From a phage: a DNA stretch of 64,000 nucleotides. Location of the stretch: the sequence record PZ296772.1. One strand, given 5' to 3'. The position numbers and the translations under genes are program-made. Positions 37,795-46,730 of the stretch are shown here, in pieces (the stretch's first letter is position 1; each line of letters starts with the position of its first letter). Under the pieces are notes generated by a model, which searched no databases, had not been told where the DNA came from, and worked only from the letters and a program-made list of their open reading frames with translations.

Positions 37795-38511
37795 ATGGGA
37801 AAACATAACACAATGAAATATATCAAAGCCGCAGATTTTCAAGCCGCATTTAAAGCAGTCAATCGTGAAATTTTAGAAAACCCAGAATTCGTAACTGATT
37901 CTCGTATTGGACGTTGTAATGAAATTGGGTCTATGACAGTAGTTGTTGACACTCCATCATCATTCAAAATGACCGACCCACGTATTAACCGCATCTCTTA
38001 TGAATATGCTGAAGACTTCTGGAAGTTTATGATTTCTGGTGGTACTGACGCAGAAGAAGCGTTTAAGGCATACCCTAATGTCGCTAAATTTATTTCTAAA
38101 CCCAAATCAGACGCTTTGCCGGCGAACTTCAACACTTTCTATGGTCCTCGCATTGCGGCCCAATTACCAGCTCTTCTAAAAGAACTTAAAGAGAAGCCTA
38201 ACTCTCGAAGAGTTGTGTTCCAAATTCTAGAAAGTTCTGATCAGGCTTTGCTTGATTCGGACGAAACGCTTGAATATCCATGTACTGACTCAGTGACTTA
38301 TTATATTCGTGATGGTAAGCTTTATACCCACTGTCATATGCGTTCTCAGAACTGTGCTGTTGTTATGCAGTTGGATTTTTATCTCCAAGGAAAATTACTT
38401 CATTATATCGCTAACGAATGCGGTGTAGAAGTAGGTGATTATACTCATACCATGGTAAGTGCCCATGTGTTTGAACGTGATTTTGATTATGTTAAAGGAT
38501 TCCTTGACTAA
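37795..38511 (+). CDS. 42: dCMP hydroxymethylase (divergent)
   Basis: Thymidylate-synthase fold: nucleophile YPCTD, then HMRSQNCAVVMQLDF with Asp where TS has the PFNIAS Asn; T4 gene 42 position. Confidence 0.65.
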   Translation: MGKHNTMKYIKAADFQAAFKAVNREILENPEFVTDSRIGRCNEIGSMTVVVDTPSSFKMTDPRINRISYEYAEDFWKFMISGGTDAEEAFKAYPNVAKFISKPKSDALPANFNTFYGPRIAAQLPALLKELKEKPNSRRVVFQILESSDQALLDSDETLEYPCTDSVTYYIRDGKLYTHCHMRSQNCAVVMQLDFYLQGKLLHYIANECGVEVGDYTHTMVSAHVFERDFDYVKGFLD

Positions 38512-39410
38512 TGGCTATTTTCCGCGTACCTATCTTGAGTATGCGGTCTTATGAAACTGGACAGTATGCTATCCTTAAGGATGGCAACTTCCAACTTCAT
38601 TTGCACCGTGCTAATCCAGGTGATGTGATTACATATCCACGTAATGCATCTGATATTAAAGAATGTGAACGTCTTTTCCCGGAATTTAAGTTTGTTCCAT
38701 TATGGTATAAAGATAACGCGTATAACACTCGTAAATATTTCTGGTCTGAAAATGAATTTGTGGTTGATTCATTAATTGCTTATTATGATTGTGATTTTCT
38801 AATCACAGATATCACTGGATATGATGGCGCTTTTGACGTAGAATTCAATTTCAATATCACTGCAGACCCTAATAAACCACGTTTTTATATTGATGAATTC
38901 TTAAAAACCGACATGTTGTCTGTTAATCGTTCAATCCAAACAACTGTGTTGAATAAACGTCAAAAGGAAGTGCTGGTTAACGCTGGTGCCGATGGTAATA
39001 AGATTATCGTAACGCAGAAAGTTATACGTCCTTCCGTCATGCAGCGTCTTGTAGGTGATTTGGCTCCTATTCATCTAGATGGTATTTTTCATCCATTTCG
39101 AATTAGTGACCCATGCTATCGTTTTGAACAAGTTGTTGAATGCGCAATTCAATTAGGTCAACCGCTTTATATAACTGATCCAAATAATAGTTTCGACAGA
39201 AATAAGTATCCTGAAGAAGCGCTGATTCGAATTTTTAATCCAACTAAAACTGAGTACTATCAAATTCTTAAAGGACGTCCGAAGATTCAATATTTCGAAA
39301 ATCCTGAAGAAGTATTCCATCCAGGTCTTGGTGAGTTCATCTACTTTAATGCTTTAATTTCTTCACCGTATAATATACCTAAATACGAAGATGTCGTAAT
39401 CGAGGAATAA
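38511..39410 (+). CDS. hypothetical protein occupying the T4 beta-glucosyltransferase position
   Basis: 299 aa, coupled to the gp42 stop; no recognisable similarity to recalled T4 beta-gt. Confidence 0.45.
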   Translation: MAIFRVPILSMRSYETGQYAILKDGNFQLHLHRANPGDVITYPRNASDIKECERLFPEFKFVPLWYKDNAYNTRKYFWSENEFVVDSLIAYYDCDFLITDITGYDGAFDVEFNFNITADPNKPRFYIDEFLKTDMLSVNRSIQTTVLNKRQKEVLVNAGADGNKIIVTQKVIRPSVMQRLVGDLAPIHLDGIFHPFRISDPCYRFEQVVECAIQLGQPLYITDPNNSFDRNKYPEEALIRIFNPTKTEYYQILKGRPKIQYFENPEEVFHPGLGEFIYFNALISSPYNIPKYEDVVIEE

Positions 39411-39411
39411 A

Positions 39412-39960
39412 ATGGCTAAAATTATTTTAGTAGATGGCCCGGATAATGCCGGTAAAACAACTTTCATTAATGACGTAATGGAAATTAGTGAAAGATATGT
39501 AAAGATTGATTTCCCTAAACGAACAATTGATGGACGTTTCGATGTTAAGTCTCGAAATGAAGTTGGCTGTTTCGAAACGATGTTGAATTATTTAGACCCT
39601 ACTAAGATTTATCTGTTAGACCGTGGATATATTAGTAACTGGGTTTATGGACGTATTCGACAAGATGCGGACTCAGTTCTTGACGTTTATGAACAGGATT
39701 ATGTTCGTCTTTGCCAAAACCATGATGTGTTCACAATTATTTTAACACGTAACGAAATGACTGAAAGTTTTGAAGACGACCTTATTACTTTGTCTTCATT
39801 AGGTTTTAATACAGTCATTTCATATTTTGAAGAGTTTGCAATTCATAACAAAATCCAAACGTATCAATTACTTAATCATGATGGTGCTAACAAAGTTATA
39901 GGATTTAATGCAAGCGAACGTAATAATTTGATTACAGAAATCATCAAATGGGCTCGTTAA
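39412..39960 (+). CDS. P-loop nucleoside/nucleotide kinase-like protein
   Basis: Walker A VDGPDNAGKTT; LLDRGYISNWVYG resembling the dNK/TMPK DR(Y) motif. Confidence 0.5.
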   Translation: MAKIILVDGPDNAGKTTFINDVMEISERYVKIDFPKRTIDGRFDVKSRNEVGCFETMLNYLDPTKIYLLDRGYISNWVYGRIRQDADSVLDVYEQDYVRLCQNHDVFTIILTRNEMTESFEDDLITLSSLGFNTVISYFEEFAIHNKIQTYQLLNHDGANKVIGFNASERNNLITEIIKWAR

Positions 39961-40058
39961 GAGCCATTTAAAGTTTTAAATGCTGTATAACCCTTAGTAT
40001 ATAATCATCTTATCTTTTAAACATGAGTAAAATATAATGATGCCTATGGAAAAATACA

Positions 40059-41231
40059 ATGTCTGATTTAAAATCTCGTCTGATTAAAGCTTCTACTTCT
40101 AAAATGACTGCAGACTTGACTAAGTCTAAGCTGTTTAATAATCGTGATGAAGTCCCTACTCGTATTCCGATGTTGAATATTGCACTAGGTGGTGCTCTGA
40201 ATGCAGGATTGCAATCAGGCTTGACTATTTTTGCTGCTCCTTCTAAACACTTTAAAACGTTGTTTGGGCTGACTATGGTTGCAGCGTATATGAAGAAATA
40301 TAAAGATGCAATCTGTTTGTTTTATGACTCGGAATTCGGTGCTTCAGAATCTTATTTTCGTTCAATGGGTGTCGATTTAGACCGTGTAGTTCATACACCA
40401 ATTCAGTCTGTCGAACAACTTAAAGTCGATATGACTAATCAGCTTGACGCTATTGAACGCGGTGATAAAGTTATTATCTTTATCGATTCAATCGGTAATA
40501 CTGCATCTAAGAAAGAAACCGAAGATGCGTTGAACGAGAAAGTTGTAGGTGATATGTCTCGTGCTAAGGCACTTAAATCTCTTTTCCGTATTGTGACCCC
40601 GTATCTGACTATTAAAGATATTCCGTGTGTTGCAATTAACCATACCGCAATGGAAATTGGCGGATTGTATCCTAAAGAGATTATGGGCGGTGGTACAGGT
40701 ATTCTTTATTCTGCCAACACAGTATTTTTTATCTCTAAACGTCAGGTTAAAGAAGGTACAGAATTGACCGGTTATGACTTCACGTTGAAAGCAGAAAAAT
40801 CTCGCACCGTTAAAGAAAAATCTACTTTCCCAATCACGGTTAATTTTGATGGTGGTATCGACCCATTCAGTGGCTTGCTAGAAATGGCAACTGAAATCGG
40901 TTTTGTGGTTAAGCCTAAAGCCGGGTGGTATGCTCGTGAATTCCTTGACGAAGAAACAGGTGAAATGATTCGTGAAGAAAAATCATGGCGTGCTAAAGCT
41001 ACTGATTGTGTAGAATTCTGGGGACCTTTGTTTAAACACAAACCTTTCCGAGATGCAATTGAAACCAAATATAAACTAGGTGCTATCTCTTCTATTAAAG
41101 AAGTTGATGACGCTGTTAACGACCTTATTAATTGCAAAGCAACAACTAAGGTTCCAGTTAAAACTTCTGATGCTCCATCTGCAGCAGATATAGAAAACGA
41201 CCTTGACGAAATGGAAGATTTCGATGAATAA
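40059..41231 (+). CDS. uvsX: RecA-like recombinase UvsX
   Basis: 390 aa; MSDLKSRLIKASTSK, Walker A, FDGGIDPFSGLLEMA, WYAREFLDEETGEMIREEKSWRAK; near-identical to recalled T4 UvsX. Confidence 0.9.
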   Translation: MSDLKSRLIKASTSKMTADLTKSKLFNNRDEVPTRIPMLNIALGGALNAGLQSGLTIFAAPSKHFKTLFGLTMVAAYMKKYKDAICLFYDSEFGASESYFRSMGVDLDRVVHTPIQSVEQLKVDMTNQLDAIERGDKVIIFIDSIGNTASKKETEDALNEKVVGDMSRAKALKSLFRIVTPYLTIKDIPCVAINHTAMEIGGLYPKEIMGGGTGILYSANTVFFISKRQVKEGTELTGYDFTLKAEKSRTVKEKSTFPITVNFDGGIDPFSGLLEMATEIGFVVKPKAGWYAREFLDEETGEMIREEKSWRAKATDCVEFWGPLFKHKPFRDAIETKYKLGAISSIKEVDDAVNDLINCKATTKVPVKTSDAPSAADIENDLDEMEDFDE

Positions 41232-41565
41232 TCTCGATGATTTAAATCTAGAAATCGTTGATGAATCCCCTTCTTTGGAAGGGGAGGACATTCGCAAAGA
41301 ACGAGTGTTTAATGAATCTCTTAAAATTATCCGTTCAGCAATGGAAAATGTCATTCAAGAGATTCTGATTACACTTGAAGACGGTTCACATCATATAGTC
41401 TATATTACAAAACTAGACTGGGTTGATGGTAAAATCGTAATGGACTTTGCAGTTCTTGACCAGGACAGAAAAGCAGAACTTGCACCACATGTTGAAAAAT
41501 GTGTTACAATGCAAGTACAACAAGCTTTTAATGAACGAACCAAGAAAAAATTTAAATTCTTTTAA
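41224..41565 (+). CDS. 40: head vertex assembly chaperone gp40 (by position)
   Basis: Start moved to ATG overlapping uvsX stop; 113 aa between uvsX and 41. Confidence 0.5.
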   Translation: MNNLDDLNLEIVDESPSLEGEDIRKERVFNESLKIIRSAMENVIQEILITLEDGSHHIVYITKLDWVDGKIVMDFAVLDQDRKAELAPHVEKCVTMQVQQAFNERTKKKFKFF

Positions 41566-41574
41566 GGAGTTATC

Positions 41575-43017
41575 GTGGTAGAAATTATTTTGTCTCATCT
41601 CGTATATGACCAGGCTTATTTTTCTAAGGTCTGGCCTTATATGGATTCTGAGTATTTTGAGCGTGGACCGGCAAAAAATGTCTTTAAAATTATAAAGAGC
41701 CACGTTAACGAATATAATGCAATGCCATCCATCAATGCATTAAAGGTGGCTTTAGATAACAGTTCTTTAACTGAAGCCGAATATAAAGGAACTTCAGACC
41801 TAATTGAAAAATTGGCTGATACTCCTGAAGACCACGAATGGTTGGTTAAAGAAACTGAGAAATATGTCCAGCAAAAAGCGATGTATAATGCTACATCCAA
41901 AATCATTGAGATTCAGTCTAATGCTGAACTACCTCCAGAACAACGTAACAAGAAAATGCCTGACGTAGGAGCTATTCCTGATATTATGCGTCAAGCACTT
42001 TCAATTTCGTTCGATAGTTATGTTGGACATGACTGGATGGAAGACTACGAAGCACGCTGGCTTTCTTATCTGAACAAAGCACGTAAGGTCCCGTTCAAAT
42101 TAAACATTCTGAATAAAATCACTAAAGGTGGTGCTGAAACCGGTACACTAAACGTTTTAATGGCTGGTGTTAACGTTGGTAAATCTTTAGGCCTTTGTTC
42201 ACTTGCTGCAGATTATCTTCAAACAGGTCATAATGTTCTTTATATTTCCATGGAAATGGCTGAAGAAGTTTGTGCTAAGCGTATAGATGCAAACATGCTT
42301 GACGTATCGCTCGATGATATCGATGATGGTAATGTATCTTATGCTGAATATAAAGCCAAGATGGAAAAATGGCGTTCAAAATCCACATTAGGACGTTTAG
42401 TAGTTAAACAGTATCCTACCGGTGGAGCTAATGCTAATACATTTCGTGCATTGCTTAATGAGTTAAAACTTAAGAAGAACTTTGTGCCATCCGTAATCAT
42501 GGTTGATTACTTAGGTATTTGTGGGTCTTGTCGTATCAGAGTTTACACTGAAAATAGCTACACATTAGTTAAAGCTATCGCAGAAGAACTTCGTGCATTA
42601 GCAGTAGAATCTGAAACAGTTTTATGGACTGCAGCTCAAGTAGGACGTGCAGCATGGGATGCTTCGGATATGAACATGAGCGATATTGCAGAATCAGCAG
42701 GTTTACCAGCAACGGCAGATTTCATGTTGGCCGTAATTGAAACCGAAGAACTTGCACAAGCTGAACAACAACTTATCAAACAAATCAAATCACGATATGG
42801 TGATAAGAATAAATGGAATAAATTCCTGATGGGTGTACGTAAAGGCAACCAAAAATGGATTGAGATTGAGCAAGAAGGCATGAACACACCTAACACAGTA
42901 AATGAAAACGCAGGTGCTCAGATGCGTCAGGCAGAGGTGAATCGTACGGAACGCGTAGGTAAAGCCAAAGCAACACGGGCTGACCTAGATAGCTTAGCCA
43001 ATGAGTTAAAATTTTAA
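41575..43017 (+). CDS. 41: replicative DnaB-like helicase gp41
   Basis: GTG start after AAGGAG; Walker A AGVNVGKS; near-identical to recalled T4 gp41. Confidence 0.9.
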   Translation: MVEIILSHLVYDQAYFSKVWPYMDSEYFERGPAKNVFKIIKSHVNEYNAMPSINALKVALDNSSLTEAEYKGTSDLIEKLADTPEDHEWLVKETEKYVQQKAMYNATSKIIEIQSNAELPPEQRNKKMPDVGAIPDIMRQALSISFDSYVGHDWMEDYEARWLSYLNKARKVPFKLNILNKITKGGAETGTLNVLMAGVNVGKSLGLCSLAADYLQTGHNVLYISMEMAEEVCAKRIDANMLDVSLDDIDDGNVSYAEYKAKMEKWRSKSTLGRLVVKQYPTGGANANTFRALLNELKLKKNFVPSVIMVDYLGICGSCRIRVYTENSYTLVKAIAEELRALAVESETVLWTAAQVGRAAWDASDMNMSDIAESAGLPATADFMLAVIETEELAQAEQQLIKQIKSRYGDKNKWNKFLMGVRKGNQKWIEIEQEGMNTPNTVNENAGAQMRQAEVNRTERVGKAKATRADLDSLANELKF

Positions 43018-43024
43018 TAAAAAA

Positions 43025-43043
43025 GGAGACTTCGGTCTCCTTT
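43025..43043 (+). terminator. terminator-like hairpin
   Basis: ggagac-TTCG-gtctcc followed by ttt. Confidence 0.5.
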
Positions 43044-43047
43044 CGGG

Positions 43048-43077
43048 GTTTACATCTTCCTCTAGGCATGATATGAT
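43048..43077 (+). promoter_or_regulatory. early promoter-like
   Basis: GTTTAC, 18 nt, TATGAT. Confidence 0.45.
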
Positions 43078-43106
43078 GAACTTACACCAACCAAGAGGAA
43101 AACATT

Positions 43107-43481
43107 ATGAATATGTCTCAAGCAATTTTTACTGCAATCACCGAAAACAAAACTGTTGAAGTAGTTTCTCCGCTGGCAACCTACGTTATTCTTGCTCCTA
43201 AAACTATTGTATCTCGTATGGAAAACACGGGCAAACGTATCGTACAAATAGTTGGAGCTGGAAATCAAAAACTTGATTATCTACGAACCATCAAAGCTTA
43301 TGAACATTTCCAACTCGAAAAAGGTTCTCCTATCCAGGTAGAACTCGTAAATGGTGATATCGTTCGAGCAATGTTCCATCATTTCTATGCATTGAATGAC
43401 CCATCTAAAGCGGTTCGTTTAATTGCATACGACGCAAACCAAAACGAAATCAACGCAGATATATCTAAATTACATTTTTAA
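43107..43481 (+). CDS. hypothetical protein
   Basis: 124 aa, RBS AAGAGGAAAA. Confidence 0.45.
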   Translation: MNMSQAIFTAITENKTVEVVSPLATYVILAPKTIVSRMENTGKRIVQIVGAGNQKLDYLRTIKAYEHFQLEKGSPIQVELVNGDIVRAMFHHFYALNDPSKAVRLIAYDANQNEINADISKLHF

Positions 43482-43482
43482 G

Positions 43483-43532
43483 TTTACTTCTCCAGTAGTT
43501 GTGTTATTATAGACCCTATCAACTACTGGAGA
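43483..43532 (+). promoter_or_regulatory. early promoter-like cassette inside inverted repeat
   Basis: GTTTAC, 17 nt, TATTAT; perfect 12-bp inverted repeat ctccagtagttg/caactactggag includes the RBS. Confidence 0.5.
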
Positions 43533-43537
43533 ACAAA

Positions 43538-43855
43538 ATGAAAACCATCGATTGTAAAGCAGAATTTAAGATTTTTTATCACGGTTCAAGTAGTTCAGCT
43601 AACATCAAAAACATGCTTTGTCCTCCTGAAGAAACAGGAGTTCTGTCTGAAACAGGACGTAAGAAAAACTTGGATCGTGTATTCTTTACTGAAGATATCG
43701 GTTTAGCAAAGATTTATGCAGGACGAGCAGCACGCTCTTATGGAGGTGAACCACGTCTCTATCGAGTAATTTCTCCGGTAGATGTAGTTCAAATGAATGA
43801 TACTAAAGGCGCTACAGTTTATCACGCTGAATGGGCATTTTGCGAGGAAATATGA
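43538..43855 (+). CDS. hypothetical protein with possible minimal ADP-ribosyltransferase-like (Arr-like) motifs
   Basis: Start moved to internal ATG; FYHGSSS, VFFTEDIGLAKIYAG and RLYRVISP loosely resemble recalled Arr-type H-Y-E transferases. Confidence 0.4.
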   Translation: MKTIDCKAEFKIFYHGSSSSANIKNMLCPPEETGVLSETGRKKNLDRVFFTEDIGLAKIYAGRAARSYGGEPRLYRVISPVDVVQMNDTKGATVYHAEWAFCEEI

Positions 43856-44043
43856 GCAAATTAACTAAAGTTACTTTTATTGGCTGGTTTAAAAGCGGTG
43901 AGATGTTCACTAAAGATATCATGTTATCAGGCGACCGTGAAGAAATCGAGTGGGTTGCGGTACAACTTGCTGAAGTGAACAACGCATTAGTTAAAGCATT
44001 TGTTAATGACGAGAAAGTTTTTGAAGCTGATTTCAGAGGATAA
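43852..44043 (+). CDS. dmd: Dmd (discriminator of mRNA degradation, antitoxin-like)
   Basis: Start moved to ATG overlapping upstream stop; 63 aa; FIGWFKSGEMFTKDIM and AEVNNALVKAFVNDEKVFEADFRG match recalled T4 Dmd. Confidence 0.65.
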   Translation: MSKLTKVTFIGWFKSGEMFTKDIMLSGDREEIEWVAVQLAEVNNALVKAFVNDEKVFEADFRG

Positions 44044-44044
44044 T

Positions 44045-44257
44045 ATGTATTCAACTGTGTTTAAACCATCAACATACGAATTTGCATCAACTACACAATG
44101 GAAAGCTCTTATTCTGGAAGGATGGGAACTAATGATGGACTGTGAAGCATCTGAAAAGTTTCCACACGGCAAAGTGGACTTCGTTAAATTTGCTGTACGT
44201 CCGACTAAACGACAGATTCGTCAAGAAAAACGCAAATTTCGCAAAAGTTTAAAATAA
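44045..44257 (+). CDS. small basic protein with VRPTKRQ tail
   Basis: Start at ATG after AGAGGA; C-terminal FAVRPTKRQIRQEKRKFRK paralogous to 14613..14783. Confidence 0.4.
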   Translation: MYSTVFKPSTYEFASTTQWKALILEGWELMMDCEASEKFPHGKVDFVKFAVRPTKRQIRQEKRKFRKSLK

Positions 44258-44259
44258 CT

Positions 44260-44289
44260 GTTTACAAGCACCACATACTGTGTTACTAT
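44260..44289 (+). promoter_or_regulatory. early promoter-like
   Basis: GTTTAC, 18 nt, TACTAT. Confidence 0.45.
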
Positions 44290-44317
44290 CTTTCTATCAA
44301 CTACAGAGGAAATTGAA

Positions 44318-44686
44318 ATGAAAAAATTAATCGCTTTAGCAATGGTATTTGGATTAACCGGATGTGGTGCCCATGGCTTTATTCCTAATAACGTTGGCCA
44401 ACTGATTTACAATCCGAATGTTAAACAATATGAACAACCTAAAGTTGAAGTGGAAGACCCGGTTACTGTAGGTAATCGAATGATTCAAGCTGATGCTCAT
44501 GCTCAACGTTATCGTGATTCTGATACTGTAGCTATGTCAAAAGAACAACGTGTTAAAGAACATTGCTTACAGGCTACTGAAATCGCATTCATTCGCTATG
44601 TTGAAACAACTGGTAAAGAGCCTACCCAGAAACAAATCGCAAATAACTACGTCCAGTGTATTGAACGTTTAAACAAATTTAATTAA
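44318..44686 (+). CDS. lipoprotein
   Basis: Signal peptide plus lipobox MVFGLTGC. Confidence 0.5.
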   Translation: MKKLIALAMVFGLTGCGAHGFIPNNVGQLIYNPNVKQYEQPKVEVEDPVTVGNRMIQADAHAQRYRDSDTVAMSKEQRVKEHCLQATEIAFIRYVETTGKEPTQKQIANNYVQCIERLNKFN

Positions 44687-44689
44687 TTG

Positions 44690-44720
44690 GTTTACACCAA
44701 AGTTAAAATAAGATACTATA
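44690..44720 (+). promoter_or_regulatory. early promoter-like
   Basis: GTTTAC, about 19 nt, TACTAT. Confidence 0.4.
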
Positions 44721-44747
44721 AACATAACAAATCAAGAGGAAATTAAC

Positions 44748-44996
44748 ATGGAATTATTCGTGGCTAGTTCAGTAGCAGTTTTAATCGCAGGTATTGGTTC
44801 AATCATCATTTACATGTTGCCTTGGGTAATCGCACTTATTCGTGGCACAAAAAGCACAACAGCAATCTTCTTTGTATCTTTACTCTTTAACTGGACGATG
44901 GTTGGTTGGATTGGAACTTTAATTTGGTCTATCGTTGCCGAAAAGAAATCTGCTCAGCAGCCTCAACAAGTAATTATTATTCGCGAAAAAGAATAA
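44748..44996 (+). CDS. membrane protein
   Basis: Two transmembrane segments. Confidence 0.45.
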   Translation: MELFVASSVAVLIAGIGSIIIYMLPWVIALIRGTKSTTAIFFVSLLFNWTMVGWIGTLIWSIVAEKKSAQQPQQVIIIREKE

Positions 44997-45000
44997 ACTT

Positions 45001-45035
45001 GTTTACATTATAGATGGACTATAGTATAGTAGTCC
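45001..45035 (+). promoter_or_regulatory. early promoter-like cassette inside inverted repeat
   Basis: GTTTAC, 18 nt, TATAGT; ggacta/tagtcc inverted repeat. Confidence 0.45.
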
Positions 45036-45059
45036 TATCAAATCAACTAAGGAGTTAAA

Positions 45060-45353
45060 ATGAAAAAGTTATCATTGGCAGCAATCTTACTCGCAGTATC
45101 ATGTGCACCAGCTCCAGTTACGGCAGGTTATGATAAAGACCTCTGTGAGTGGTCAATGACTGCAAATCAAGAAGATGTTGAACAACAAATCTTCTCTGAT
45201 ATCATGAACATCACTAAACGAGACCGTCCTAATATGGTTAATAAAGTTGTTGAACAACTTAAGTCTGGTGGTATCATGCAGTACAATTATGTTTTGTATT
45301 GTGACCCTAATTTCGATAACAAAGATATCGTAACCGAAATCACAGGTGAATAA
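45060..45353 (+). CDS. sp: Spackle periplasmic protein
   Basis: 97 aa with signal peptide; AGYDKDLCEWSMTA, SGG.MQYNYVLYCD match recalled T4 Sp. Confidence 0.7.
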   Translation: MKKLSLAAILLAVSCAPAPVTAGYDKDLCEWSMTANQEDVEQQIFSDIMNITKRDRPNMVNKVVEQLKSGGIMQYNYVLYCDPNFDNKDIVTEITGE

Positions 45354-45354
45354 T

Positions 45355-46005
45355 ATGATTTATTACATGCACAAAAACGCGCCATTTAAATATGGTAAAT
45401 TTCCTAATGCACAATGTTATAATATAACGCCGAATGAAAATAATAACGGTTATCATATTGGTGTAATTTTTGTAATTGTTAAAGATAACGAAATCGTTGC
45501 CTGGGCTGATTTTAAAGGTACAACGTATGATGTTAATCCGGTGCCTTTCACATATTATAATATAATGGATTTGGCATATGATTATAATTGGTTTAATCAT
45601 GACGCGTTGGCTCATATTGAAGGTGTAGGATTTGACATCTCTTATTCTAGTTATTCATTATGTCCTATGAGCCGAGCTCACGGTAAAGATGCATCATATC
45701 TTTCATTTCGGAAACGTGTAAACTTCAAACGTAGTACAGAGTATGTCGGTGGACTCTTTGTTAAAGATAATAAAATAACCCGTATTAGTTATCCTTTAAG
45801 TGTAGGTCAAAAAGATGTTGATGTTGATTTAGACTTAACCGAAAATAACATTAATCATATTGCTTCCGTGTATTTTGATATCGATGAAAAAATTGTAGTG
45901 TGTGGATACGAATTACCGCCTGAAGAAAAGGCTGAAACAATTGAAGTCGAATTAGAAATTTCTGTTGATGACCAAATATTTAATGCATTTATGAATCGAG
46001 GTTAA
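45355..46005 (+). CDS. hypothetical protein
   Basis: Start moved to ATG after GGTGA; 216 aa. Confidence 0.5.
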   Translation: MIYYMHKNAPFKYGKFPNAQCYNITPNENNNGYHIGVIFVIVKDNEIVAWADFKGTTYDVNPVPFTYYNIMDLAYDYNWFNHDALAHIEGVGFDISYSSYSLCPMSRAHGKDASYLSFRKRVNFKRSTEYVGGLFVKDNKITRISYPLSVGQKDVDVDLDLTENNINHIASVYFDIDEKIVVCGYELPPEEKAETIEVELEISVDDQIFNAFMNRG

Positions 46006-46006
46006 A

Positions 46007-46204
46007 ATGACTACTGCAATTTGCACTGGTTCTAAAATTAGTGTTTTTACAAGTTTTGAAGATTACGAAGTTGTTTCAAAACACCAATGCCATATTAGCG
46101 TAAAAGCTAATGATGGTGTAATTTGGAATATTCCGCAGTATGAAGGCACTACATATGAAGTCACAGATATAAATGGTGACAAAGCAATCTTTGTAATTGA
46201 TTAA
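46007..46204 (+). CDS. hypothetical protein
   Basis: 65 aa. Confidence 0.4.
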   Translation: MTTAICTGSKISVFTSFEDYEVVSKHQCHISVKANDGVIWNIPQYEGTTYEVTDINGDKAIFVID

Positions 46205-46223
46205 ATATACTCAGGAGGTACCT

Positions 46224-46691
46224 ATGGGTATTATTAACACTGCAATAGATTCTGTTTACGCATATAAGTTTATTCGACTAATGCAAAAACCTTTTACCGA
46301 ATGGAAAGCATACGAAGCCAAAATCATCGATGAACGTGGAAGTGTTCTTAAACGTCCTTCTACTCCCGAAGAGAAAGCAGCGTATACACCTTTTCATGCT
46401 TCAGTTCGTTCAATGAAGCGAATGATGAGCACTGTTCCGGGTCTTAATGGAATGGCCTCAATGATGTCTGCCTGGAGTGCTGTAGCTTCACGCTATAACA
46501 TTACGGAAGAACAACAGAAAGAAATATTTAAAGAACTCCCTTTATTTGAGGATATGGTTGCTGGTGATTCAGGTGGCAGCCCTCAAGCTATTGCATCAGG
46601 AACAACTACAGGTGCAGTCGTAAATAAAGGTCCAGAACAAATTCCTTCCAAGAAAAGAAAGCGAATTAAAGTAAATATTAATAAGTTGTGA
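46224..46691 (+). CDS. hypothetical protein
   Basis: Start moved to ATG after CAGGAGG; 155 aa. Confidence 0.45.
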   Translation: MGIINTAIDSVYAYKFIRLMQKPFTEWKAYEAKIIDERGSVLKRPSTPEEKAAYTPFHASVRSMKRMMSTVPGLNGMASMMSAWSAVASRYNITEEQQKEIFKELPLFEDMVAGDSGGSPQAIASGTTTGAVVNKGPEQIPSKKRKRIKVNINKL

Positions 46692-46697
46692 TATGAT

Positions 46698-46717
46698 GGC
46701 CTTATTAATTTAAGGCC
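46698..46717 (+). promoter_or_regulatory. RNA hairpin abutting the gene 61 RBS
   Basis: ggcctta-ttaatt-taaggcc stem-loop directly upstream of GGAG-N9-ATG; no T-run. Confidence 0.3.
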
Positions 46718-46730
46718 TCTGGAGAATACT

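Noticed and set aside
37795-38511. Thymidylate synthase (td) as the identity of the thymidylate-synthase-fold ORF
   Set aside because: The residue aligned with the TS PFNIAS Asn is Asp (MQLDF), as expected for dCMP hydroxymethylase, and the gene sits at the T4 gene 42 position. Alignment was done by eye.
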